Below the pieces are notes generated by a model that made no database searches, was not told the DNA's origin, and saw only the letters and a list, made by a program, of their open reading frames with translations. The position numbers were made by a program, and so were the translations under genes. Shown here one piece after another: positions 48,201 to 62,354 of a DNA stretch of 64,000 bases (position 1 is the first letter of the stretch; the number at the start of each line of letters is the position of its first letter). The stretch is from Ptychomitrium polyphyllum. Lineage: Eukaryota. The stretch covers positions 9,300,001 to 9,364,000 of the forward strand of contig OZ316775.1 in assembly GCA_973851085.1 (NCBI GenBank). Direction: 5' to 3'.

Positions 48201-51200
48201 GAGCCAAGATGTTCGAGGCTTCATTTTCTCAAAACTCCTGGTGTGTTAAGCAGTTCGAAGTTTTGTCTGTTTCATGTGATTAAATTTAGTTGTAAATGAT
48301 GGTTTGAGTCAGAGTTATCCTCTTAGGGAAAATCTATCGTTTTTCGTGCAGGACCGGAAGCCAGAGTTGACAGGAGAGTTGATGACCTTCCGAGATCACT
48401 TGCTATCCTCTGGTGTTTCTGATAGCATGAATGTGTGGGAGCTCAAAGGTGACGTATTCAACCGTCTCTTAAACGAACATACCGGCGTTTAAATATCTGT
48501 TGAGCTCTTCTGTAATGCTTTTTTCTTTTGGCTATCATCTTCTGATTCAAGTACTCCAAAATGCAGATTTAGGGTATCAAGCAACTCAACGCATTATTAG
48601 AGCATCAGAGCCTCTTAAGTTGATGCAGGAAATTAATCAAAACTTTCCAAACCTGGTGTCATCACTGTCCCGCATGCAGGTATGAATTCATCTCCTTAAA
48701 TCCTAGTGTATCCAGAATCCTGTCACTAGGTTAAAGTTCTTAGTTCGTAGATATTGTACCTGTCGAGTTTGCCTTTCAAATATTCATCTTTACTACCCTA
48801 TGAATGAAATGATCACGCAATATGGGAGGCTATGGTCCTGGTTGCACGTGCAGTGTGACTTGAACATGAAGTGAACAACTACCAAAACACATGCCATTGT
48901 TGTGTCTGCAGATGAATGAGACAATTAAAGAAGAGATTATGTCAAACCAGCGTTTGCTGCCAGCCGGGAAGAATCTAGTTTCGATTAACGGAGCCCTCCT
49001 CAATTTAGATACTCTTGATCTTTTCTCGTAAGAACATTTGATCACTTATGGAAAACAAAACCAAGTTTGCAGCTGAATAATGGTTGAAAAAATGATTCCC
49101 TCGCAGTCTTCGTTTGTTTGTTGTTGTTTATGTTAGGATTTTTTGAGCCATATTTCATGCTTGTCCAGATTGGTTGAACTTGTACAAGGGGAGCTCTCGC
49201 TGGCCAGCAACATCCTTTCTTTGAAGGTGCTCCTCTGAAAACCATGAGATAAATTTATTCGCGAAGCTTCAACCTCGGAGAGATCACATAGAAACCCACT
49301 TTACAGGAAATGTTGGGTGTTTGAAAGCGATCGCCCATACCTGGGATAAGTGTCATGCATGGTCTAACCTGGAGGACCTTACGAGTTCTAAGTTTGGAAC
49401 TAATCCAGTGGTTTCCCTGTGCAAATGCTAGAGTATTGTGATAATGGTTTCGTGACAATAATCTTTGGATTGTTGTGAGATTACATAGAAAGTATGAGTA
49501 CGTAATATTTTGAGTATTGCCTTTATAATGGATTGTATGCAGATTCCAGAGAAGTTTGTCCGGAAATTCTTGATGCTACCTGAGGCCTCAGAGCAGGGTG
49601 CAATGCGTCTTGACTATCGATCTGACGAGCATGTCCATTATCTCAACAATATCGAGGAAGATTCAAGATACAAGCGCTGGAGAGCAAATTTAAACGAGGT
49701 ATTTTAAGAAATTGTTGCTGGCTTTTGATGTCGGCAATGATTAGAAATCAAATTCAGAACATTGAATGATAACTGTATCTTAGTTACTCCCAAGCTTAAT
49801 ATGGTCCATCGGCTGTGTTATTTACAATCTCCTGTAAAGTTAGCTTCGTAGGTATAACCATTATGTCTTTGCAGTGGAAGGTCCAAATTTGGGATTGACT
49901 GGCTCTTTCAAAATTTTGTCTGAGGATTTGACAGAGGTGGTTGGGTTGTGCGTTGGACAGCTGTTAATGCCAGTGTTCCCAGGGCAGATGCGATACGTGC
50001 GCAAGAACCTGTTTAATGCTGTTTATGTGATTGACCCTGCATCTCCAAAAGGGCTGATGGCAAGTGTTTTCTTCCTCATAACTAACGCATGTCGTGCATT
50101 TTTGTTGTATTCGTGTTTATGTAAGACAAGGAATCGTTTTGGCAGACTTCGTTATTTGGGCATTCTCCACTCTGTTTATGATGAAGAAAGTATCCACACT
50201 CATGTAAATGTTCACATATTGATGCTTGTACAGGCTGTGGAGGCATTTTCCACTTTGTACGAAAATAATTACCCTATGCGGTTTGGCGTGATCCTTCTTT
50301 CTGGAAAATTATTAAAGCATATCGAAGCCAATGGACCAGATGGCGTCTCTGAAGAGAAGGACTTGGGAACAGACCTCTCCATATTGGTAAAGCCATCAAG
50401 TCCCTTGCCTCTCCGAAGTCATATTAATTTTTTGATAGATTTCAAAGCGCTTTTGAAGCGATAGAGCTATAATGTCTTCTTTGTGGAATTTAGTGGAGTA
50501 TATTCTCTACTGTTTGAATTGCTTGTTAACTTAGTTCGTTCATTGGTAAACTAAATATATCATTTAAGTTTGATATCAATATTCTAGTTTATTTCCTTAG
50601 ATACTTTCTACAACATAACAATATTTGTGTTTTTGAAGCATCGTTAGAAGGTCGTTATTGAGAGAGATTACTTTGTTCCCCTGAATATGCAGGTCACACG
50701 GTTATTTCTCTTTATAAAGGAGGAGTATGACGATAAAGAGTTGCCTCTCAAATTTTTGTCGAATGTAAGTTTACTCGTAACGCCAGAACGATAGACAAGT
50801 ATGGGTCTCAACCAAATTTTTCATCGATTTTTTTCTCGTATCTAATCATGTAATTTTTATCTTAACATTTAAGAAATCACTTGGGCAACAGTACCTGAAG
50901 TAACTTATTTCAAATGTATTTGGTTTATGAACTGGCCACAAACCAGACATACCCTTAGTGGTTTTCTTCGTCAAATTTTTGTATATACGCCTAACTTGAT
51001 TCTTCTGGATTGATCCATTAGTTGCATGCTGCATGGGCTGGGGATGAAGATGGGGATGAAGATGTACCAGTACGAAGAACTCACGTTGTGGATGCTTTCA
51101 CGGAAGTGTTACGGTGAGTCGAATGTTTTGTTACATAAGTTCTTACTAGACTGCTCATCCTAGAGACGGCTCAACGATTTCACATGGAAATTGCATCTGC

Positions 51201-54200
51201 AGGATATAAAATTCGACATGACTGTCTTATTCATGTCAGCTTACCTTAGTAGTGATTGTAGAGACTCCAGTAATCTTGCGCTATACTGGTGTGTCTTGGT
51301 GTGGATCTGAGAATATACACAAGAAACTGGCACGCTGATTAACCTGCCTATATATGCCAGTGAATAAAATTGTGGCTAATATGCGTGGTGTTATGTTGTA
51401 TGGACATGAATAGGATTAAGCAGAAAACCACTGAAGAACTGAAGAAGCAAACCATGAGAATACTGGACAGATTTGACACTGAGTCTGATTACAGAGAAGA
51501 GGCTTTGAGTAGTACTCTTTTTGTTTATAAACTGGGTTTGTCAAATGTCTATCCCGCCCTGCTAATGAACGGCCAAGTTTACGGCTCTAGCCAGGTATCC
51601 TTTTTTTAAATTTATTTTTTAATTATTTTTCTTAAATAATTTAAATGATTTATTATGTTGCTCGCATTGATAGTGTCTGGCTCTCTGACATCGCTAGGCT
51701 GGCTTGGCCAGATTGCGCAGCACTCACACGAGTTCTTTAGTGGTGTTCGTTCTGGATTACTAGGCTTATACTAGATGGACTTTATTTTTCAGGTTGTAAA
51801 TGCTGCGGTTCAAGCCATGAACGATGAGCTTCCAAGGCTGCAAGAGGGTGTCTACTATGGAGCCATTAATATACGCACGGATATTCTTGAGAAATTTCTC
51901 ACTGAAGAAGGCCAACCCCGCTACAATCCTCAGGTACAATACAACCAGATGAACTTCTAGTATTATTGATTTTGTTATCTTTGTCGTGTACATGGAAGTT
52001 GAATTCAACTGGTTTATTCTTAAATGATGTTGCAATGTGTAGACGAACCGTTCATACGTTCTTTAATCTTTGCATTCATTTTAATTGACTTTCCAGTTGA
52101 ACGCCGTCATAAAAGTAACAGTTTCTTTTTGCAGATTGTTGCAGTTCCTAAAGAGTACCGCAAGTATGTGGGCCTTGCATATCCCGTAGCACAGAAAGAT
52201 CCTGTGCTTACGAGGCTGCAGTATCTCCATTACCCCGGAAGTATGGCATGGCCTGCATTTCTCCTATCCTTTCCAATAATTCCTTTATCACCATATTCAC
52301 TATAATGGAACAAAACAGCAATTCTGGGACTATCTAGCAACTGCTTAACCAGTGTACAACGCTAACGTTTGGGATTTTGGAATTTTCCATTATAATGAAT
52401 ATGGTGTTCTTTGCAGTAAACTCTGGAAAATTGCTAGACATGCTTCATCTTTTGTGATACCTGATTCAAAATGGCAAGCACGTTCAGTGAGGACGGTTGA
52501 CTGCAGATTGTGCAGTCAGACCATCAATTCTTGCCTAGTGTAGTATAGTCCATTAGAACTGCTTATTAACCTGATTACTCAACATATCGTGCAGCTGAAG
52601 ACGATGTGAAGCCTGTGACACACTGGTTAGCGTTAGATCTCACTCAAAAGAAAGGCGTGCGTCTGCTTCAACAGGCTCTCCAGTACCTTGTATGTGTTTT
52701 TCCTATCTCAAAATAAGGTTGATTTGTGTATGATAACTAGCTCAAAGACGTGGTATTTGACCATTCGTGTTGAGAGTAATTTAGTGAATTTTTGAACACT
52801 TTTTCGGCTTCCTTCTTAGTGATTGAACCTGCTGTCTTAGATTTCCACTGTGTCAAGTTCCTCAGCATCTGAATGACAACGTGACTGACAGTCCAGCTAA
52901 TGTGTTCACTATTATTTTCACGGGTATTATCCCTGTCGTTGAGGTGCCAAGAAACTTGTTTTGAAGTAACACCTTTTTCGTTTTGTGATTTCTTCGCTTT
53001 TGACAGTTAGATGGGTCCAAGAAAGGAAGAGTTGGGATTTTGCACAACATCAAGGCTGCAAATATCCATGAGCCTTCACTTTTAATTCGAGTTGTGATGG
53101 CAACTGCAAACTCTCCAAGGTATTGAAGCTGCTGAGCATTCCAATTGTTCCAATTCTTCTGAGAATATCTGTACTTGCTCAGCCTGGCCTTTGATAGGTA
53201 TGATTTGCTTAATTAGACTTGTTTTTGCTTTTTTCAATTTTTGTTCATCAAGTCTGTTTGATCAGTGTTGTGCAACATGTACTACCGGTTATCTGACTTA
53301 TAGGACAGTCGGCGGGCAAAGGTTGTACCGTTCTTACAGAAACTGCTGACTATCAATGAGGTGACTGATGTGCTTCCCGACACACGTAAGGAGGGCGAAA
53401 CTATGAAGATTGTTCTCAAGCTTGCTGAGGAGATGGGATTGAAGGCTTCTTCTTTAGAAAAGTTCATCTCATCTGGCTCAGCACATTCTGTTCTTGAGAA
53501 GACTGAGGAGGTAGCACTTGTCATGTTGATTCTAGTGCTTGTAAAATGAGAAGCCTGCTTTGTGATGACTGTTGAGTGTCAAAAATGAAGGTTTGAACTG
53601 GTCTGTGGAAGAGCTGGATTATGTTTAATTGGTACAACTATACATATCTATCAGACCGTGGGAAACGCTGATAAATGCCACACTATTGTTGAAACTCACA
53701 ACTGAAATCAAGCGCAAATGAGACTTCAATGCTATATTCTTATACTGTTCTTGATGCTTAATCATAGGTCATGTGATGTTTTCTATGCTATTTTACGGAA
53801 AACCCATGATTTCGTGTGATTTAAATAATTTTTCCTTGGCTTTTTGTTTTTTCAAGCTAACGCTAAGCTCATACAGTTTTGAATGTTATAGACCGCTATG
53901 CTCACAATTAGGCAATCTCATGTTGAACTGCAGGAAGCAAAATTCTTGTCCCGGCTTTGTGGTCTTAAGGCAGGTGTGGAAGCAGTGATCACAAATGGAC
54001 GGGTATAGTTTCTTAGCTCTCTCTTTACGTGATTATATAAATTATATACTGTTGATGAAGATGATGAGTATAAATATCGGAGAGAACAAGAACACAAATA
54101 TTTTATTGATTACATTATGAGGTGCTTTTCCAGGAACTATAATGTATTTTGATCTTGAACATTCCACGTACTTTTTGAGGACTTGATGTAGGTCTTCATC

Positions 54201-57200
54201 CAAGAAGACGGCAATTATTTCGTCAAAGAAGACTTTTCCCTATTGGAACATGTGGAGTATGAGAAGCGGTTCAAGCAGGTTGAAGAGCTGGTGGACAAGA
54301 TCGAGTGGAAAGATATAGAATCAGACGATTTGACCAGGTTCTTGTAAACTACTTTATCTTCCATATGTTGTTTTACTTTCTACTTTTAACACAATGTCTC
54401 TGCAGATTTGAAGCATGTCCATTTTCATACAAGTACAGTAGTTATGTAGGGTGACGACCTGTCTTACCGCAAACGCAGGAAAATGCGGAAACTCCCTGTG
54501 TTTCCATGCGTTTCTGGTAACAGAGGTGACGACTGCTGCTGAATTTCTATGCACTGTCCGTCATTTTCTCTTTCCTGGGGAACATACTTGAAGATTGTTG
54601 TTCAATATCTATTGCATATATGATATCTTGATTACTTGGAACTAGTCAGATTTATATGTCCAAGGGTGGTTTTTAATTTCATACTAACTTTGGCATGGTT
54701 TCTTTTCGATATTTCAGTGAGTTTCTGAGTACTGTAATTATGGGAATATCATCAGCGATGTCTGCACGCACTAAAAGTAGTGAAACCGTACGCTTTGAAC
54801 TGTTGAAGGCAGAGCACAGGTGGATCAAGAGCTTTCTCTTTCTCTCCTTGTTTTATGGTAGCGGTTCAAAATGCTATGTAGTCAACTTTTAAGAGCACTT
54901 CGTTTTTGGCTCGTTTTGACTGAATTATTAATTGAATCAATACGAATTTTAGCTTCTCTAAAATTGTAAGCTTAGTCAAAACTCCTTTGAGAGTATAGCT
55001 TTGTTGATGTCATATGCTCTAGCTTTGTTACAACTAAATTTTGTTTCAGTCCAGTTTCCTATTAGAAATCGTGAGACGTGCAGTATTTTGTTATTTACCA
55101 GCGTTCTCTCAGTTGTGTTTTTCATATATTTTAGGACTGATTTGAATTATTTTGGTGGTTTGTTATCTATACAGTGCAATTGTTAGGAACGTCGAGGAAT
55201 CCCTAATTCATGTAGACGCAGTGATTGATCCACTTAGTGCCATAGGCCAGAAGTTGTCACCATTACTTGTACTTCTCCAGGAATGGACAAAGCCAAGCAT
55301 GAGAATTTGTTTCAATCCTATGGCAAGCACCTGTATCTCTGGTGGTCATAACCTTCTTATTTCTTCATTCATGCATTTATTTTCAGTTATGAGATAATAT
55401 AGATTAGGAGTATCAGCAATCTTCTGTAGAGATCAGTGTTAAAATTGACATTCTTTTCTATATATTTATGCAGAGCTCGCTGGCTGATCTACCATTGAAA
55501 AACTTCTACCGGTTTGTGTTACCAGTAAAGGTGAGATTATCATCTCAGACTTCAGTTGTCTCTTTGTTGGTATTTGGGTTGATCAGGCTGGTGTTTAATT
55601 TGAAAGCAACATGCTCCACTAGAGCGATTAGCCTGCCTTCTTTACCGTGTTGTCTTCCTTTACTCTCATCATTTCGCCTGGATTGTTTTGGGAATATTAA
55701 AGTGAAGAGTCAAAGCGAATTGGAAAAGGTAGCTTCCTTGTTAAACAATATTAAAGAAGCTACTGTTAGAACTTAATACAGGAGCTCTTGCTTTTCCTTT
55801 AGATTGTTGTATGAGCAAGTGCACTAGTTATTTCTCTGAGATTATCGTCTGTCTATTCTGCAGGATTCCTTCACCTCAGAAGGCAGTTTGACAGCCGGGC
55901 CCTTTGCTCTCTTTTCCAACATGCCACCTTCTCGCACACTCACTATGAATCTTGACGTTCCAGAACCATGGCTTGTAGAACCTGTTGTTGCTGTGTAAGT
56001 AAACCTCTCTAAGTGCGCCAAGCTGGTTGATTCAATTATGTACGCGCCCTATGGTTCTCTTCTCCCACAATTATTCTGTTCACTCCCGATTTAATGTCTT
56101 CATACTTTCAAATATTTTTGACTGGTTTTCTGGTTGTGACATGCAGACATGATTTGGACAACATTGTATTAGAAAAACTTGAAGATACGAGGACTATGCA
56201 CGCTGTGTATGAGTTGGAAGCTTTAGTTCTCACTGGTAAGCAGCCAGGTTTCATCTCTACATATTCGCCCTTTGTTGTAGTATCCATCTGTATCTGAACG
56301 CGTGATTTATTATTTTTATTGGTTACAGTGTTTGGTAAGTTGTTTGTAGGACACTGTCAAAAGAATTGTTTGACAGGTCACAATTTGTAATTGCATTGTT
56401 GGTGGTTGTTGCCAGTCCAATAATTTAGTAATCTTTGTTTACGGCACTTGATAGCCTATAACTGTCTCTTTCATCCTAGAAGAATGGCATCTAAACTGGA
56501 AATTTCACATGATGCAGGACATTGCTATGAAAAAGAAAGCAAGGATCCCCCTCGTGGCCTTCAGCTACTTCTTGGCACTAAGGACCAACCTCATATGGTG
56601 GACACAATAGTTATGGCCAACTTGGGATATTGGCAACTAAAAGCAGCTCCAGGTGTATGGACTCTAGCACTTGCCCCTGGTCGATCAACTGAGATTTACA
56701 CACTTAGTGGAAAAGATGAAGGAACCGATAAAGGACCCATCTCAAAACGTATCATTATTAGTGATTTCAGAGGCCTGCCAGTACGTATAGAAGTTGTAAA
56801 GAAGAAGGGCATGGAAAATGAGAAGATACTGGACATAGAAGGGGATGTGGATGATGCCAAAGCCAAGGTATTTATTGCGTTGCCGCATCCTTTACAGATA
56901 TGTGAAAGTATTTTGCCTGACAGCTTTAAGTGTCTAAGATATATCTTAAAAAGAACGATGTTTGTAAGATAAACCTAAAGGCCATAATTTTGTAGAATAT
57001 AATCGCAAGTTTGTAGGTGCTTGTATCATGTGTTATAGGTGCTTTTTGTGCTGGCACAGGCTTCTTCGATCAAAAAGAAGCTTGTCAAATTCAGGAATTA
57101 TGCTGTGAAACTAGCTACTTCTGGCAAGAGAGCACTATTTTTGGTAACCTGGCTTTTCATTAGCTCCTTTGCAGAAACTCTTTAACATTAATAAAAGTGT

Positions 57201-60200
57201 AATCAAATTGGAATATAATCGCTTCACTCGAATGAAATCCTGAGAAATAGCTGCATGTTATAATCCAAGGCTGCTCTTTAGACGAAAGGATTTTTAGTAA
57301 ATGGAGACTAGTTGATTAATGTTTTTGGCTTACTAATATTGTTGTGTCGGTGAGTTGGCAGAAAAAGAATAAATTTGAGAGAAGCAAATTCATTAAATGG
57401 GCATCTAGTTGGGTTGGAGTTGGAAAAGGAGCGAAGCGAGTATCAGGACCTGTAATCTCTATTTTCCACTTTCCCCCGGTTTATAACAGTGCACTTCTTT
57501 TGCTTCCTTACTATCCTGAGTGGTTTCGATCTTTTCAGTTCCCATCTGATGAGCTTAACAAAGGAACGAGTGACCTGATTCTCGGTTTAACATGATTTGT
57601 GTTTGCAGGATGGAAGCAAGGTTATTAGAGTGGGAGAAACGATTAACATATTTTCAGTTGCTTCTGGACACTTGTACGTTATGCTGAACCATATTTCTTA
57701 GATATTCATTCTTACGAACATTAAGATTGAACATGATAAATGATTGACTATGCTAGTCGAAATCAAGTTTGTCTCACCATACGGTAACGTCGCACATCAT
57801 GTCTAATGGGGATCGAAGTTTTATCTTCGATGCCAGTTTGTTGACCCCAAGAGGTGTTCTTTGCTAGGGGAGAACAGGTATGAGCGGTTTTTGAAAATTA
57901 TGATGTTGAGTGTGCTGAAGAATACGGACCGCCCTGTCAAATTCTGGTTCATAAAGAACTATCTTTCTCCTCAATTCAAGGTTCGTACGTTTCGCCTTAT
58001 GTGCAAGATGTAGGTTAACCTGACAAAATATGCGACTCAAGCCTGCTGTTTTCATCTGGGGAAAAAGAATCCAGTTAAACTCACTGGTTGAAAATTGAGA
58101 GCAAACGTTTAACATATTCATTAAAATTTGTATTATTTACCAGATTCCTGTAACCTAGCAATTACTACAGGAGGACGAAACCCGCGGTGTGATATTTCTT
58201 ATACATGAGCATCGTTCTTTTTAATATTGGCAGAGTGGGAAGTAATATCATTTTTGTTTTAGTATATGTGCTCATTGTCATGGGAAAGACTTAATTGCAG
58301 GGTGTGATTCCTCATATGGCTCGTGAATACGGATTTGAGTATGATCTGGTGACTTACAAGTGGCCCTCGTGGCTGCACAAGCAAACTGAGAAGCAACGTA
58401 TTATTTGGGCCTACAAGATTTTGTTTCTAGATGTTCTCTTCCCGCTTTCTTTAAAGAAGGCAAGTTCACTTCCACTTTGTAATGCATTCAACATTCTTTT
58501 GGGACATGGATTGACATGAATATTTAACTGTTGTGGGCTTCAACTCAAATTCCATGACTTCCAAAAGTAGTGATTTATTGTATACTGCAGAACGTATATT
58601 GCATGTTTAATCTCAAGTCTTGCACCTTGTTTTTACTACTCTACTCTGACGTTTTGAATAAAATATTTTGTCAGAGCCAATTTTCACGAAGAAGTTCTAA
58701 ATCGGTTCACGTGTTGATATTCTCGTGTTTTCTTGTATGCACAGGTGATATTTGTGGATGCTGATCAAATAATAAGAGCTGATATGGCGGAACTGTATGA
58801 TATGGATATAGATGGAAAGCCACTTGCATACACACCGTTTTGCGACAACAACAAAGAGATGGATGGATTTCGATTCTGGAACCAGGTAATATAGCATGCT
58901 CTGCATACGTGAGCTGCATCTTGTTAGAGTCCCTCCATGTTGATCAGCCAGATATATTGCTAAGGATATTATTCAAGGGCTTACCCTTGAGTTGAATCCA
59001 TGAACGGATTACAAATCACTCTCAAATATGTCTATTTTAGAGAAAGATGAGATACACAAGGTCTGTCCGATCATAGAACAACATATGATAAATTACTTGC
59101 AATGGGGTATAGTATGCTAGATGGTCATCTTCCATAAGAGTTGGAAAGACAGATAATTAAGAGCCCGTTTTTGCAGTCTAAGATTCCTTTAACCACACCC
59201 CTTTGTGGGCTTTGAATACCAGGGTTTCTGGAAGGATCACTTGAGAGGAAAACCTTATCACATCAGGTGTGTTTCGTTACGTCCGCAATTACGGATAGGA
59301 TTCATTTTTCTCCTTCAGAAGCTGTCTAAATCTTCCTTATTTGTCAGTTATGTATACTCTAACGGGACATCGTTCTCTTCACTATTCTTTTAATAAGGTT
59401 CATGATACATACGTTCATCAATAGTAGCTACATCCTGGACGAGAATGGTGTCTGTTATCATGGTTTTACACTTTCTCTTGTCATGTTTCTACGTCATTAT
59501 CACTTGGTTCTGATGCTGACATTCTTTGTCATTTTAAACAGTGCCCTCTATGTAGTGGATCTCGTGAAATTTCGTCAGTCAGCTGCAGGGGACAACTTGA
59601 GAGTATTTTACGAGAGTCTGAGTAAAGACCCCAACAGTCTATCCAACCTGGATCAGGTTAGCTCGATCTCATTTTGTATTTTGATTTTGTATGTTTCAGC
59701 TGGAATTATAAACGAGAATAATTTGCTGTCCACGCTAACAAGTAACCTCCATTCGTAACCCCTGGGTCAGCGTGTTCCATAGAATTAATACACCATTCGA
59801 ATACAGGATTTACCAAATTACGCCCAGCACCAAGTGCCAATATTTTCCTTACCTCAGCAATGGCTGTGGTGTGAGTCATGGTGTGGGAACGCTACCAAGG
59901 CCCAGGCCAAGACGATTGATTTGTGTAACAATCCCATGACCAAGGAGCCGAAGCTTGAGGTAAGCGATCGACTTTGCTATCCACTATTTCATCCAACAGC
60001 ATGTAGCAAGACTTTAGTTTTCTCGAACCTTGCCATTTTTTAGGTTTTTGAGTTGTAAATGTCTAACCCATGCCTGATATGATCTCCTTATCACTATCTC
60101 CGTTCAGGGAGCGAGACGTATTGTTGCGGAGTGGTCAGACCTCGATCAGGAGGCACGCGACTTTACAACAAGAATCCATAAAGTAGTGGCTCTAGAGTCG

Positions 60201-60335
60201 GAACCGCAGCCCTTGAGCTCCGGTGATGTAGAAGAGGTGTTGATGCAATCCAAGGAACAGAATGTAGCAAAAACTGAGATTGATGGTACGGTTTCTAGTA
60301 GTGTTTTAGACAGAGAGTCAGCTGCAGAGCTGTAA
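45292..60335 (+). CDS. UGGT: UDP-glucose:glycoprotein glucosyltransferase, more than 30 exons
   Basis: Signal peptide + [109 protein letters not shown]; ends ...SAAEL*. Not every exon was mapped. Confidence 0.96.
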
Positions 60336-61038
60336 ATTCATTCCTACTTTGCTGGTATTGTACTTCATCAAACAAACGTTGGATAACCTCCACTTGTGTG
60401 ACGACCTCCCATGTGGCTTTCCTATTTCAGTAGTCGTTTTCTTCCTACACAAATCAGCTCATCAAGTACACATATCCACACATACATCAGTCTTCTCTCA
60501 ACTGCAAGTGAATTCACAAAAACCTTAACTATGTCTCTAAACATCATGAATAACCTGAGACACACATTGAAGAGAAGCATAAGATTCTCTCAATCTTTCC
60601 GTTTCGTATTCCTCATCGGAGGTCGATTACTGCACATGCATGTAAGCATTCTATCCAGTTGCCAAAGGTGGCCGCCAATTGGAACCACAGATACGGCAAC
60701 GATGGCCCCACTGCAGAGCAGTCTCTGTCCATGATCTCTGCAATCGGAAAGAGCACATCAGAATCCAAAGGTCCAAAAAATTTGTGCGTTCCGATTGGTT
60801 GCCTTATCCCCTGCGCTACCAGTACCCAATCCCCTCCCCTTATCCGCTCCCCGAATGCATCCCCATCTCCGAGACTGTACCCATAACCGTAGCCATAGGA
60901 GCCATCCGCACCCGAGGGAGTATCTATTTGATGTTTCGTTTAGCACCTGCAATTCCTGTGCTGCAGTCCGTCACTTGTTTCTCTTAGAAAACTGATCGCA
61001 GGGAGCTCAACCGGGAGCTTGGAGCTTGACAAGCAGCC

Positions 61039-62354
61039 ATGGCAGCCTCCGTTGCCTCCGTTGCCTCCGTTGGGTGCAAGGTGTCCGCCTCTTTGGCCTC
61101 GACTTCCAAGCTGGAGAAGACCCAGACCGTCCGCCCTGCTTCCGTCAGCAGCGCTTTCGGCCTCAAGCCCGCCGTCTCTCGCGTCTCCTGCAGCTTGGAG
61201 GAGAATGTGAGGAGCGTTGTCGATGGCGCCAAGGCTGCTGCCATCGTTTTGGCCTCCTCTGCTCTCGTTGCCGGGGTAAGCTCCAAAGCCTCGCCTTTTG
61301 TGGTTTCAATCTGGCAATCGCTCAAAAACACAGTCTAGAATTCACTTCCAGCACGAATTTGTGAAATTGGGTTCATTGACAAAGACGGATTTTATCCTGG
61401 CAAATCTGGACGAACACTGGAAGCTTATGCAAGATGAGAGGGCCGTAAATCTAAACTTGGATCTAATTTGACTAAGCACAATCCTTCAGCAGTGAAGGAA
61501 GGAATCAAGTGATGATCAAGGGAGGTTAGTTATGTGCTCTCCTTGTCTTCAAACGATGCATTGGCCATGGAGACTCATGTTGGACATTCTTGTCTGCGCA
61601 GGCTGCATTTGCCGAAGGCAACCCCGGGAGGTTAACCTACGATGAAATCAATGCTCAGACATACCTGGACGTCAAGGGCTCAGGAACGGCCAACCAGTGC
61701 CCCATCGTGTCATCCGGGTCCGACAAGTTTAACTTCAAGGACGGCAAGTATACCCTCAGGAAACTGTGCATGGAGCCCACATCCTTCACCGTGAAGGCGG
61801 AGTCGCCATTCAAGGGCGGCAACGAGGGATTTCAGAACACCAAGCTCATGACCCGCCTGACCTACACCCTGGATGAGATCGAGGGCCCCTTGACCGTCAG
61901 CGGCGGCAACATTAAGTTTGAGGAGAAGGACGGCATCGACTACGCCGCCGTGACTGTGCAGCTCCCCGGAGGCGAGAGGGTGCCGTTCCTCTTCACAGTG
62001 AAGGAACTAGTTGCCGAGGGCACCCCGGACAAGTTCGGTGGCTCTTTCCTCGTCCCCTCGTACCGAGGCTCTTCCTTTTTAGACCCCAAGGGCCGGGGTG
62101 GATCCACCGGTTACGACAACGCTGTTGCCTTGCCCGCTGGAGGCGCTGGTGATGAGGAGGAGCTTGCCAAGGAGAATCAGAAGAACACTGCTGCCCTGAA
62201 CGGCAACATCACGTTCAGCATCGCCAAGAGCGACACCGAAACCGGTGAGATTGCAGGAACCTTCGAGAGCGTGCAGCCTTCGGATACCGATCTGGGCTCC
62301 AAGGCTCCCAAGGAGGTGAGGATCGAGGGCATCTTCTATGGCCAGATAGAATAG
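61039..62354 (+). CDS. psbO: Photosystem II oxygen-evolving enhancer protein 1; exons 61039-61275 and 61602-62354
   Basis: Bipartite transit peptide ending AFA-EG; LTYDEI...[66 protein letters not shown]. Confidence 0.98.

Noticed and set aside
51595..51604. GTATCCTTTT donor matching the U12 5' splice consensus in a UGGT intron
   Set aside because: No TCCTTAAC-like branch site near the acceptor (about 51792). CAG|GTA followed by a T-run is also a normal U2 donor.
61045..61071. (GCCTCCGTT)3 in the psbO transit peptide; also (GGGGATGAAGAT)2 in UGGT near 51040 and (GAGT)n in dehydrin intron 1
   Set aside because: Ordinary slippage microrepeats in tolerant regions.
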